A stretch of DNA of 64,000 nucleotides. Origin: Camelus ferus (lineage: Eukaryota). The translations under genes and the position numbers were made by a program. Positions 26,517-38,029 of the stretch are shown in pieces; position 1 is the first letter of the stretch; each line of letters opens with the position of its first letter. The notes beneath the pieces were generated by a model. It worked only from the letters and a program-made list of their open reading frames with translations. It was not told the DNA's origin and ran no database searches. The DNA is taken from NCBI RefSeq assembly GCF_009834535.1, contig NC_045696.1:117492001-117556000 (forward strand), read 5' to 3'.

Positions 26517-26930
26517 TGGACCTGGAGATTGTCATTCTGAGTGAAGTAAGCCAGAAAGAGAAAGAAAAATACCATCTGATATCATTTATATGTGGAATCT
26601 TAAAAAATGACACAAATGACCTTGCTTATGAAACAGACACAGACTCACAGATATAGAAAACAAACTTATGGTTACGGGGCGGGGAGGGATAAATTAGGAG
26701 TTTGGGATTTACAGATACAAACTACTATATATAAAATAGATAAACACTAAGGTCCTACTGGGAAGCACAGGGAACTATATTCAATGTCTTGCAATAGCCT
26801 ATAATGAAAAAGAATATGAAAAAGAATATATATATATGTGCAACTGAATCACTATGCTGTACACCAGAAACTAACACAACATTGTAAACCAACTCTACTT
26901 CAATAAATTGATAAATAAATAATAAAAAAG
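26517..26930 (+). mobile_element. Camelid/artiodactyl L1 3' end
   Basis: 'ggacctggagattgtcattctgagtgaagtaagccag...cacagggaactatattcaa...caccagaaactaacacaacattgtaaa' plus A-rich tail. Confidence 0.9.
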
Positions 26931-28254
26931 TAAATGCACATGCCTGTAATACACATATGGAAAAAAAAAACTTATGGTGGTTCTCACACACACAAAAAGT
27001 ATATTGGTGTGACTGCAATGGATTCTGTCCCAAAACAGAAGTCCATCCAAGTCAGAGTTTCTATGGGGAAGATATAATCATAAGTGACTTCTAAATGAAT
27101 GTTCAGTATATGCCCCATTATAAAATAGTGAGTGGCATACTCTGACAGCAGTGCACAGCACACACACACATCACTGAGTATGTAAATATATGTTAACATT
27201 TAAGAAATCTCCATCATCATCTTACACAGGAAATCGGGGGCAGGAGCAGTGGATGGACAGAGAACAGCAAAACAGCAGATGGTTACAGACAGGTAACACT
27301 TCACAAGGTCCGTTCCCTCTGCTGCCTAAGCAGTCAGTGGCTCCATACTGCACTGTAGCGTCAACAATGGTACTTCTCTGTATTTCTTTGTAAAATGCCC
27401 TTTTACATATATGCAGTAGCATTTGTGATCTTGTCTTTGGGGGAGAAGGGATAAAAGTGGAAAAACAAAAACGTTCTCATTGAGAAGCGAATTACTAGAC
27501 CAGACCAGAAGGAACCCCTTCCCCAGCGCAAACTACGTGACAGTTTCTGGTGGGTCATCTTCAGCTCCAGTGAAGTTCATTGCTTTTATTATTTTTTTTT
27601 AATTCACAGCTCCCACTCTGTGTGAAGTTGCAGGTGTGAAGCATCTGTGTTCAAGGTAACATCTCATACATTTGCACAAAGTGGCAGTCTGGGCTTGCAT
27701 CTTTCTAGTTTTCCTCTTTTCTTTTCTTTCGTTTTCTTTTCTTTTTCATTTGCATTTACAGGACTTCGCTCTAGCACTCAACAGCCATTATGGCCAGGGA
27801 ACACTTGCTTTAATTCAACATAAAATCCTCCCCCTATAAGACCAAGAAGGCTTCTCTCCTAGACTTCTCTATGATATTTGAGCACAGCTGGTCAATCTAT
27901 TCTGTATTAAAACCTCTCATGAACTTCAAGATATTATTAGATTTCCTCCCTTCTCCTGGCCACAGAATTATTCCCGCTCATTTGCTATAATATTTCTTGG
28001 TTATAAATTGTTTTATCATCTCTGTTTTTCCTATCTACCCTATCCCCCAATTTCCTCATCCTTTCCCAAACTGAATCCCTCACTGTGGTTATGGAATATA
28101 ACCAAAAGGAATATTGGAATATAATAAAACGAGGGTAAAGTAAAGGATAGGAAAAAAAGGAGAGGAATAGGAATATAAGAAGTGACTAGAAAGGAATATA
28201 AGAAGAAGAAAGAAAACCCGTCTTTAGAAAAGGCCAGGAGAAAAAGACATGGTC

Positions 28255-28440
28255 TTTAGATGGCCCAAGAGTTGAGTCTCGGCTCTGCCGCTGACTTTTT
28301 CTGAACAGTCTTACAAATTACTTAACACTTCAGTTCCTTATTATGTAACATAGAGATCATTCATTGGGGGATTGCAAGGACGAAATGATAGACTCCCTGA
28401 AGAAAAAACTTTCTTGGCACCAAAAGTCTCAGTAAATGTT
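28255..28440 (+). mobile_element. MIR fragment
   Basis: 'tgagtctcggctctgccgctgact...caaattacttaac...cagttcct...ctcagtaaatgtt'. Confidence 0.55.
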
Positions 28441-28832
28441 GCCCCGCCCAGACCCTCTTGAATTCCTTTGACATTTCTGTGCATTCCTTCCTACTCCTTG
28501 GCTTTTACTTCCAATGGCCCTGCACGTGACTCTCCTTAGGAGGAGGAGCCCAGGGCTGTTGGAGCCAAGGTTTCCATGGCCCTGGGCTGGGCATCCGCAG
28601 TGACTGGGGCTGCAAGTCCTCCTGGGAGACAGTCAGCTCCCACAGGGGCGCCCTTTTAGGATGAGGCTAAAGCTCTTGCAATGGGACTTGTGAGCCTGAA
28701 GTTCGCCTGTCACTGCTTCCTCCCTGTTCTGGTCCTGATGCCTCCGCTCCCTCAACTGGTTTCCCCAGGGAGCACTTCCTTGTATGCACATCCTCATCTC
28801 AGGCTCTGCTTCTGAGGTCCTGACCTAAGACA
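28441..28832 (+). mobile_element. ERVL LTR16-like solo LTR
   Basis: 3' end 'ttccccagggagcacttcct...catcctcatctcaggctctgcttctgagg...gacctaagaca' is LTR16-type. Confidence 0.65.
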
Positions 28833-28965
28833 GTTACCAATGCAAATATCATTCTCACTTCCTCATAGTGCAAGGTCTTCAGATACCTCAGTTTAAGAAA
28901 CAGAATACTGATTTTTGCTCAGCTGAGCAAATATTCTGGAAAAATTCCCAAGTAGGGCAACTTCC

Positions 28966-29062
28966 AGCACGTAGGGTATAGCTCAGTGGTAGAGCGCGTG
29001 TGCTTAGCATGCACAAGGTCCTGGGTTCAATCCCTAGCACCTCCCCTGAAAAAAAAAAAAAA
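28966..29062 (+). mobile_element. Vic-1-like SINE (short tail variant)
   Basis: A-box 'tagctcagtggtagagc', B-box 'ggttcaatccc', poly(A); imperfect TSD aagtagggcaacttcc / aactagggtaacttcc. Confidence 0.9.
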
Positions 29063-29814
29063 AACTAGGGTAACTTCCTTAAGTCATCACACTAGAACAA
29101 ACTATGATGCATAGTGAATTATTTAGTGAATTTACCAGAAGAAAGGAAGGTGTTTAGCAGGTGGCAGAGCCATTTCCGGAATAATTCACGGTTAGAAACC
29201 GCCTTGCCATCCCTCACCCTGTTTCTGTACTACTGAGCCTACAGGGAATAAAATCCTTCCCAGCCTGTGGATGTGATTCTGTGCTGCATCCTGAAAACAT
29301 GGTCCCTGCATGTCTAATCTCCTCCCCTCCGTTGCAAGAGAGCTAGGACTAGACATAGGGCTTGGAGGAGATGGAACGAAGCCTCGTCTCCGTGTCACCC
29401 TGGAGAAGGAGCTGGGAGAATCGGACACCTTGGAGTAAGCACACACCCTGAGCAGAGTGGGAGGTCTTACAGAGAAGGGCTGGGGCGAGAACAATGACCT
29501 GCACTCACAGAGCATCCCGGGGATTGTCGGCCACCCTTGGGTCATTGCCTCTGAGGTGTGGAGGCCCGTCAGGCTGGCTTAAAAGTCCAGATGCAGAGAT
29601 TTTAGAGCTGATGACCGCAGAGGGTGGGAGTTTATTGTATCTCACTCTCAAGCCACCACTCCTGAGGGGGGCATTTAAAAGACTTGAAAAATTCAGTGAC
29701 TTGCTCCTCTTCTGGTGCATTTTTTACCTTTGTTTTTAACCCTCCCCGTTGCACCCAACTCCCAGATTGCTCAGCAATGGGTCAGTAAGTCTGCTGTCCC
29801 TAATTTAAATGGAA

Positions 29815-30040
29815 CTCAGATAACCAATAGGAATCAGTATGTTGAGGGCCCCCCCCCACCGCCCTCCAGGGCAGGACCACGCCTCCTTTCCTAAGTGAGC
29901 TTTGTGACAGCTTTCTCTGAAGAGACTGTATTTCAGTTCGCTGAGACGGCAAAAGAGACAGTCCCAAATATACCAGACAGAGCCATCATTATTTTCCACG
30001 TGCATTTGCCTTTCCTGAATTTTATGGGGCAAAGGTCTAC
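29815..30040. promoter_or_regulatory. Candidate cis-regulatory module (GATA, CCAAT, Sp/KLF, E-box, CDX/HOX13, HNF4-type DR1)
   Basis: AGATAA 29818-29823, CCAAT 29824-29828, C-rich boxes 29849-29886, CACGTG 29997-30002, TTTTATGG 30020-30027, GGGGCAAAGGTCT 30026-30038; motif matches only. Confidence 0.35.
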
Positions 30041-30786
30041 GTCCTTTCAATCTGAAAATTAATCGGCTCACTCCCCTCCATCTCTCCCTCTTTGACCAGT
30101 TTTTGTTCTACTTAGGCCGAGTTGGAGGCCTTCTAAAAATCAAGGATGGGCTTGGCATCTGTCTCAGCCAAGATTACCCTCCACCCTTGTAGCATAAATC
30201 TCTCCGATCAAATCCACCCACACAACTGCAACCCCATTCATTTTTTTAAAAACTGGATTTTTACATTTAAATGGGTAACTATAGAGAGGATTTTAACCAC
30301 TTACATTAGACGAGTTGTGGGTGTTTTTTTTTTTTTCCAAAAGATGAGAAATCACTATTTATTTTTCCCTACCTGATGCTCTTGCCAAGGCCAGCATGAT
30401 AAATATATTGAGAAAGCAAAGAGCGCGCACACACACACATGCACGAAGTTTCTACAAGGCCTCTTTTCCCCGTTGTCATGGTTTCTATTGAAGCCTAGTA
30501 CTGTGGTAATCCCATTTGGATGATGTTCTGTTTTTTCGTTTGTTTGTTTGCCTATTTGTTTGTCTTAAATATCACATCATTTCCATACTTTAGATCGTAG
30601 GATGGTGCTGGTAAGGAATTTAGAACTCTCTTCACCAATATCTTCCTCTCTCTCCAGTCTGCATTTGAACAAGTTGTCCACACCTGAACTCATTTCCTTA
30701 CTTAATCCATAGAGCTTGATGAGGTGGCCTTGGATTATTTAGACCTTAAGACCAACAGAATTAGGTTCTTCTCAAAGTTACTGATG

Positions 30787-31023
30787 ATAAATTAGGAGCT
30801 TAGGATTAGCAGGTACACACTACTAAACATAAAATAGATGAACAACAAGGACCTACTGTAGAGCACAGGGAACTATATTCAATACTTTGTAATAACCTAT
30901 AATGGAAAAGAATCTGAAAAAGAATATAAATATATACACATAACTGAATCACTTGGCTGTACACCTGAAACCAACACAAACTGTAACTAAACTACACTTC
31001 AATTAAAAAAAAACCTTTTTTTT
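30787..31023 (+). mobile_element. L1 3' end
   Basis: 'caacaaggacctactgtagagcacagggaactatattcaata'; TSD aagttactgatg at 30775-30786 and 31024-31035. Confidence 0.9.
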
Positions 31024-31035
31024 AAGTTACTGATG

Positions 31036-31185
31036 GAGGGAGGGTATAGCTCAGTGGTAGAGTGCATGCCTAGCATGCTAAAGCCTTGGGTTCAATTCCC
31101 AGTACCTCTATTCAAGAAAAGAAATAGGCAAATAAAACCTAAAATTACCTCCCCCTATTTTAAAAACTTTTTTAAAAAAGAAAAA
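31036..31185 (+). mobile_element. Vic-1-like SINE
   Basis: 'gggagggtatagctcagtggtagagtgcatgcctagcatg...ggttcaattcccagtacctc'; TSD 31024-31035 / 31186-31197. Confidence 0.9.
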
Positions 31186-31197
31186 AACTTACTGATG

Positions 31198-31862
31198 ACC
31201 TCTGTACTGTTCAATGCAATGGTTAAATCCCATTCAGTGATTCTCCTCTAAGACCTTTCTGCAACATAACATCCAGAATGATCCTGTTAAAAGGTAACTA
31301 TGATCATCTCAGTCTTCTGCACAAAACCCTCCATTAGCTTCCCATGGGACCTAAGTCAAAAGCCAATGTCCTGTCTATGATTTACCAGGTCCTACATGGT
31401 CTGGTCCTCATAACTTCTGTGACATCACCTCCTATAACTCACCCTCTCATTCACTGTATTCTTGTGCCCAGGCTTTTTCCTTTCCCCCACAAAACTGCCA
31501 GGCAGGCCCCGGCCCCAGGGCCTTTGTACCTGCTGTTCTCTCTGCCTGGATTCCTCATCCTCCAGATACCCACATGGCTAGGTCTCCCATTTTCTTCAGG
31601 TTTTTATTTACAACCACCTTCTCGGTGAGGCTACCCTTACCTCTCTGTCTGAAACTCCTCCTTCCCTCCTTTATTTATTACTAGCCCTTAACACTGTCAA
31701 ACTTGTCATTTACTGATATTTTTGTTTATGATCTGTCTCACTCACTGAAATGTAAGATCCACAAGGGCAGAAGTTTTGTCTGTCTTGTTCACTACAGAAC
31801 CCCCAGCTCCCAATGCCAGAAGCATAGTAGGTGCTTAATGGATATTTGTTGAATCAATGGAT
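31198..31862 (+). mobile_element. L2 (L2a-like) 3' portion
   Basis: 'cccagggcctttgtacctgctgttctctctgcctgga', 'tgtaagatccacaagggcag', tail 'atagtaggtgcttaatggatatttgttgaat'. Confidence 0.85.
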
Positions 31863-34204
31863 AGTGCTCAGTAAATACAGAGAGAGTTTTATCTAACCCA
31901 TCTCACTCATCCATATAAAAAGAAGATAGCGTAAGACTTGCTCTGGGAAAGGATACAAGAATGGTCACAGGAGACCATGCTTGATCATTACTAACGCAAT
32001 ACAAGGTGTCAGACTAGAACCCACGACCGTCCAACTCGACCATGATCCCATATGTACTGGTCATTGGATGCACTTGGTTGGGAAGGAATGGATTTCACCC
32101 AACTCATCCAGCAGGTTAGGCTGCCAAGAATTCACTTTGTACTAGATTTCCTGCTGAAGCTTTACCAAACCCTCAACTTTCTTCCATGCCATGAACATAG
32201 CAAATTCACCATCCAGTAGCATTGATTTTGTAGGACCTACATCATTGTAAACATGTAAAAATGGAGTTTCTTGACCTTGCTGTATCAGAGAATTATGTGA
32301 AGTTTTGTTTAAAAACGGGGTTTTCATAAGCTGATGAGCAGACAGGTCCCCTTCACATCACCTGATTCTCCTGCCCTTTGTTTTCCTGACTTTTACAGTT
32401 CTCCCCTTTGCAAATTTTTGTTTGCTTCCCTTTTGTGGTTATTATTATTTTTTAAAAAAAAATTTGAGGGTACATAGCAGGGATTCTGCATAGTTCACCT
32501 GAAAGCAACAGAAAATTAGTCAAGGAGGAAAGAAGTACCTGCAGTTTTATTGCTCAGCAGAGACCCATTGAGACAACTTTTCAGAATCGTGGCAAGTCTT
32601 CTGATTTTGTTTGTTTGTTGGTCTTTCTGGGTCTGAGGTTCCATCATACCTAAGACTAGTAGGGGGGGCTTCCCTTCCCATATTGTGACAGCTGCAGGCA
32701 TGAAGATACCTGTAGGCACTCGTGTGCTTATCTGTTCGTCTGGGGACCGGAGATATTACTATTAGGGTGTGGAAGATTTGTTTCATACAGGGAGTTATGT
32801 AGCATCTTCAGGGGATCTGAGACCTAGAAAACAGCAGTCTTATTCAAGGAAGACCATGTTACCAGGGAGCCCAGTTATCAATCAATGTACCGCAAAAATT
32901 AAACCGTCTCTTATAACAGCAGTGGAAGCACTGTGGGCAATGAATTCTTAGGGGGTGGCAAAACAGATGAAATCCAGTCATCACATTTTACAACAGATCT
33001 GCTGCTTGATAAAGTACAACTGGAGAGCAGGCTGTTAGCAATAAGGCCATTTCTAAGAATAAAATGGGAGTTTGTAAAAGATCGATTTGAATTATTAACT
33101 CCAAAGAGTGGCTGGAGAAGGAAATGGTTGCGGGGATCCCTGGCTTTTCTCCTCCCGTGGATGATTAGAACAAAGGGAGGCACAGAAGAGCAGGGAAAAG
33201 AGGGGAAAGCAAATTTCCCTCCGACATAAGGAGGCACATTTTCACGCAGCGCCTTGTCGATACATAGAGAGGCCACCTACCAGGTACAGAACAACACTGC
33301 GTCCATTGTAAAAGCAAGCAGATGCCAAAGCAGGGGAAAACCACACTCATTTTTACCAAACACGGTTGTTTGGTTTTTTTTTTCTTTTGCTTACAAAAGC
33401 ATTCCTTTAATACCAAGTGGACACCCCAAGCCTTTACTTTCTTCTGCACCCTGTGGACTCCTCTCTGCTCCAAATACCCCAACAACATACAGTCTGAAAT
33501 GCAAGGCAGGTTGGAAGTCACAAGGAAAAAGCCCGGGTGACCACTACTCTCTCCCTCTCTTGTTCTGACGTTACAAACGGAGGATGAATCGATACAGAAA
33601 GATGATACAAGTGTTTTCCAATTCAGTACTTTTCACCACATTAATGGTGAGATTTGAACTTTTCCCTCCCAAGATAAGCAGAGAAATATGTTCACAGGTC
33701 ACAGTGGTCAACGCTCTCCTTTGATTTGATGAGCACGTGTTCTCCACGTTGTGTGGAGACAGACGCATTCTGACTCCAGAAAATAAGGTGCTTCATTACA
33801 GAATCCAGTCCCGGGGAGGAAAAGAGAACTGCACTATCACGGATGCTGGAGACCCCAGGATATAATTTGGCCTTTTCCTCTTCAGGAAGTTGCTCTCAGG
33901 ACCCTTCCAAGTCTTCCTCTTCAAACCCTTTCAGTAGAAAATCACGAAGTCTTCTTTAAAGAATGTAAAATATGACCTTTCAGAACATGTAGGTCCTATA
34001 CTGTTAATAAGTAACATCAATGTTTCCTGTTTCCTGTTTCCATCATTGTTAAAGATGCATGCTTTCTTATAAAAGCAAGTGACTGTTAAGATGAGTTATA
34101 TAATAACAAAGGCCATTAGGATTTAATCGTCTTTCTATTTAAAAGATTGGGGGAATCGAGTTTACATCTCAGATATTGCACATCTGATCAGGGCACTTCA
34201 AGAA

Positions 34205-34390
34205 ACACAGTATAATAATGGGAAAGAATATGAAAAAGAATACATATATATGTATATATGTATAACTAAGTCACTACATTGTACACCAGAAACTAACAGT
34301 ACATTGTAAATTAACTACATTCCAATAAAAAAGAAAGATAGGACAAACATTCCAAATATGAAATACAAGTTTTAAGAAATAAAAAAAAAA
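34205..34390 (+). mobile_element. Short L1 3' tail
   Basis: 'gaaagaatatgaaaaagaatacatatata...gtacaccagaaactaacagtacattgtaaattaactac'. Confidence 0.8.
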
Positions 34391-34739
34391 GAAAGACAAT
34401 ATAGACCCAAGATAGGAAAAAAAAAATCGTCTGGACTTGCTTAGTCTAAATATCTAAAGGATGAAAGGCATATGATCAAAGGTTAGACAATCATCACGGA
34501 TAATAGACTTCTTCAACAAATTCTGGAATAAGAAGGCTAAAACACCTGAAGGAAGTAGTTTGAGGTTGAATTATTGCAATTGTTTGTGTTGAGTTTTTGT
34601 CTTTAGGAAAATTTTTCATATTGCAGGGTGGATGTAGATTTAGAAAACAGTTTTTTTCTATGACATTGTATGTAAGATTCAAAGAAGATTTGGGTTAATT
34701 TTATTTGTATTTATTTACTTTGTGTTCAGTAATGTAGGT

Positions 34740-34860
34740 ATTCTTATTATCATCTTTTTTCAGGTGGAAACTGAGGCTCAGAGAGGGTAAGTAACCTTCT
34801 TGACATCACACAGCTGATAGGTGGTGGAGTCTGGCCCCAGGGTCTGTGCTCATCACTACT
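34740..34860 (-). mobile_element. MIR fragment
   Basis: 'ggaaactgaggctcagagagggtaagtaacc...tcacacagct' MIR core, antisense. Confidence 0.75.
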
Positions 34861-35451
34861 CTGTCACTTCTCATTCAATTACACGTTGGATGAATGGTCA
34901 ATGAACACCCCAACAGGGAAAGGGGCTGTGCTAAGCTAAGTTAAATACTGTCCTTTCTTCAAAATGTCTACAGATTAAGAAGAGAGATGAGACATGGACA
35001 CAAATGCCGACATCCTAAAGAAGCACGTGACATGCTACCTAACAGAGACACCTGGACTATATGAAGCAACTTTGTAATCTCTCCACATGGTCCAAGGACA
35101 GTGGGACGTGGCGGGAGCAGAAGAAGAGGACAATTTAGGAGGAGGGGGCCCAGCAATCATGCTGTGGGTCGTTAGGAAGGGAGCCCACAGTAAATACCAT
35201 TCCAGTGTTGAGAAAAGAGAGTTCTCCCTGGGAGAAAAAACAGTTCTTACAAAATACTGGGCTTTTGCCGATTTCAATGTGTCATAGGCTCAGTGAGGCC
35301 AGATGTCTTAGAGCAAAACTTGGCTCTGGCCTTTTTTTCTCACTTGGACAGCAAAGAAACTGACCAAGTATTTGCACACTTTAAAAATATAATTTAGCTA
35401 TGATACACCCATGAAAAGATTAAAATTGAAAAAAAAAAAAAGAGAGAAACT

Positions 35452-35578
35452 GGGGAAGGGTATAGCTCAAGTGATAGAGCATGTGCTTAACATGCATGAG
35501 GTCCTGGGTTCTATCCCCAGTGCCTCCATTAAAACAAATAAATAAATAAACCTAAGTACCTCCCCCCTAGATAAAAAA
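35452..35578 (+). mobile_element. Vic-1-like SINE
   Basis: 'ggggaagggtatagctcaagtgatagagc...gaggtcctgggttctatccccag...aaataaataaacctaagtacctcccc'. Confidence 0.9.
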
Positions 35579-36167
35579 TTTCAATGAAAGAAGTAATATG
35601 ACTATAGAATTCAAATGTACTTCTAATAAAAAAAAAAACCTGGAGTCCATAAACCAATGATATTGGAATATAAATACAATCTCTGGATCCCTGAGAATTT
35701 GTGAAAGATATTGTTTGCTTTTTGTGCAGAAAATTTAGGAAAAGCTCTTAAGTGCAGAGTGAAGAGGAAAGAAGCCACCCACAGTCTTCTCCTGCCACCA
35801 AAAGAAAATCACTGTTAATAGTTTGAGAAACTTACTTCCAATGATTTTCTTTCCACGTGTTTAACGAAGTTAACACAGTAAATATAATACTTCAGTATAA
35901 TATAAAAATGTTTCATACGAACTGAAAAGTTGTTCATAAGTAATTGTACAGGCTACATAATATTGTTTGAGTGGGTATTTTGTATTTTACTATGGAAGTG
36001 TGAGCATATAAGCCATTTTAATTTTATTTTGCTGGAATAATGTTGAAAGAACGTCTGGGTGAAAAGCTCTTTTCTGATACTGTTTTTAGGACAAAGAATT
36101 TCTGGAAATGTACCTTTAACAGAGTATGTGTTAAGAATAGTTCCCACCTACTCTTCCTCTTTTAATC

Positions 36168-36314
36168 TTGTTTTTTTTAAATTTATTTCTTTTTAATTTT
36201 TGGGAGGGAGAGGCAATTAGGGTTGGGGGGTTGTTTTAATGGAGGTACTGGGGATTGAACCCAAGACCTCGTGCATGCTAAGCACGTGCTCTACCACTGA
36301 GCTCTACCCTCCCC
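36168..36314 (-). mobile_element. Vic-1-like SINE
   Basis: 'ggaggtactggggattgaaccc...gcatgctaagcacgtgctctaccactgagctctaccctcccc' is the reverse complement of the family. Confidence 0.9.
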
Positions 36315-36884
36315 GCAGTCCCCATGGACTCTTGACAAAATGCCCTTATTGCTACAGAGAGTTCGATGGTATTAAATATGGGGTCAGCCTCAGCCCATGG
36401 TTTGTTGGCATCCCAGCTGCCCAAGGAAAAAGAATCACGAGCTGTCTATACCTGAAGTTCAGGTAGACACAGACATACACACTGGACAGAGCATGGGATG
36501 GGGAGGAGATGCTGAACTCAGTCTGAAATGTTCCTTTCTACTCTGGCAAGGAATGAGGCGGGACCCCAGCACTGGAAGACGCACCAGAGAGTGAGGGAGA
36601 GAGTTGCTCCTCTCACAGCGAGAGGTTGTGATGCTTGCTTCCCTCCCAGGCTGAGGCCCCGAGTGGGTATCCCTGGACGGAGCAGCCTCTGTGTCATCAA
36701 AGGATAAAGAAACTGCATCACGTGAACAGGAGGACGGATAAACTATGGCACTGCTGAGGCCATCTTTAAAAGAAGTGGACATGAGATGGTCAGTTTTTCC
36801 ATTTCACAGCAGAAAACCTGAGAACTATGGACAGACACTCAGAAATAGGGATTCATTGCAAAAGAACTTAAACTCAATGCATCC

Positions 36885-37223
36885 TGCAAATCTCGTACTC
36901 CCAATTTCTCCCTTCCCACCTCCTTCCCCCTACCCTGGAAACCATAAGTTTGTTTTCTATGTCTGTGAGTCTGTTTCTGTTTATTTGCAGATACTAACTA
37001 ATATATATAAAATACATAAACAACAAGTTCATACTGTATAGCACAGGGAACTGTATTCAATATCTTGCAATAACATAGTGAAAAAGAATATGAAAATGAA
37101 TATATGTATGTTCCTATATGACTAAAGTATTGTGCTGTACAGCAGAAATTGACACAACATTGTAAACTGATTATACTTCAATAAAAATATATAAAACAAA
37201 CAAAAACAAAACAAACAAAAAAT
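36885..37223 (+). mobile_element. L1 3' end with 5' inversion (twin priming)
   Basis: 36885-36982 is inverted 3'UTR; 36983 onward is sense 3'UTR to the A-rich tail; TSD ctcaatgcatcct / ctcaacgtatcct. Confidence 0.85.
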
Positions 37224-38029
37224 CTCAACGTATCCTCTAGGCAAGAGGACCTAATGCAAGGTGAAAAGATTTCTCTCTCTCACGCTCTGCCTCAGTAAAG
37301 GACTCAGCTAGGAATGTGTTCCAGGGCGAGCAGGCACCAGCTGGAGGGAGCTGAATGGGAAATAGGCAGGAATTTTGCAAACCGGTTTGGTAACTTGAAA
37401 CTGGCCACAATGGGAGTATTTAGAGCATGGAAATCAGCACATGCCGCATATCAGAGCTTCCCCCACCACCTCCCCCTACCCAGGAAATCTGGTCTACCAT
37501 CTCACCATCACTCCTGAACCAAAGCGCCTTTTCTGATCTCTCCCCCAAATTCCAGACCCATCACTGCCAACCACATCCAGGACATCTCTCCTCAAACTCA
37601 CTAGGTTAAAAAGAGAACTCACCGTATTGTCTTCCAGGTGTGATGTGATGAGTGTGTGCCATACTTCTGTTAATAATTTATCCTCTGAACACCCAAAACT
37701 CAAAACCTCACAATCATATTTGACACTCTGCTCAATCATAACAAGAGGAAAAAAAAGGAGGAAAACTATTTGAGCAGCATGAATCTCTTAACACATCACG
37801 TCAGCCCTTGTGATAAGCCCTTAAACATCCTCGTAACGTCTCCTGAAAGCAGTTATTACTGCAGTTCTGCAAAGGCAAAACGAAGTTCAGGGAAGTTATG
37901 TTACTCACCCAAGTTTCACTGCTAACGCATCATTGCAGAACTATGTTTTGAACCCAAGGCCCTCTGCGTACAAAATCCACGGCTGCGTTGCTAACTAATC
38001 AGTTGCTAAATTCAGCCCTATAGGACTTT

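Noticed and set aside
28972..29045. Apparent tRNA genes (A-box/B-box, tRNA-Ala-like) here and at seven other sites
   Set aside because: Dispersed copies with A-rich tails, often TSDs, and degenerate stems: SINEs, not tRNA genes
33584..33975. Two-exon + strand ORF MNRYRKMIQVFSNSVLFTTLM|EVALRTLP...ECKI (donor gtgaga at 33647, acceptor near 33885)
   Set aside because: Only 50 aa, no recognisable homologue or promoter evidence; expected by chance
4204..36466. Recurring ORF start MEV(L/M)GIEP at 4204-4386, 24686-24877 and 36239-36466 suggesting a small gene family
   Set aside because: Antisense translation of the Vic-1-like SINE
37623..37684. Minus-strand candidate exon with ACG|gtgagt donor
   Set aside because: Lies in L2-like sequence, has a weak acceptor, and its phase does not join the CpG-island exon chain
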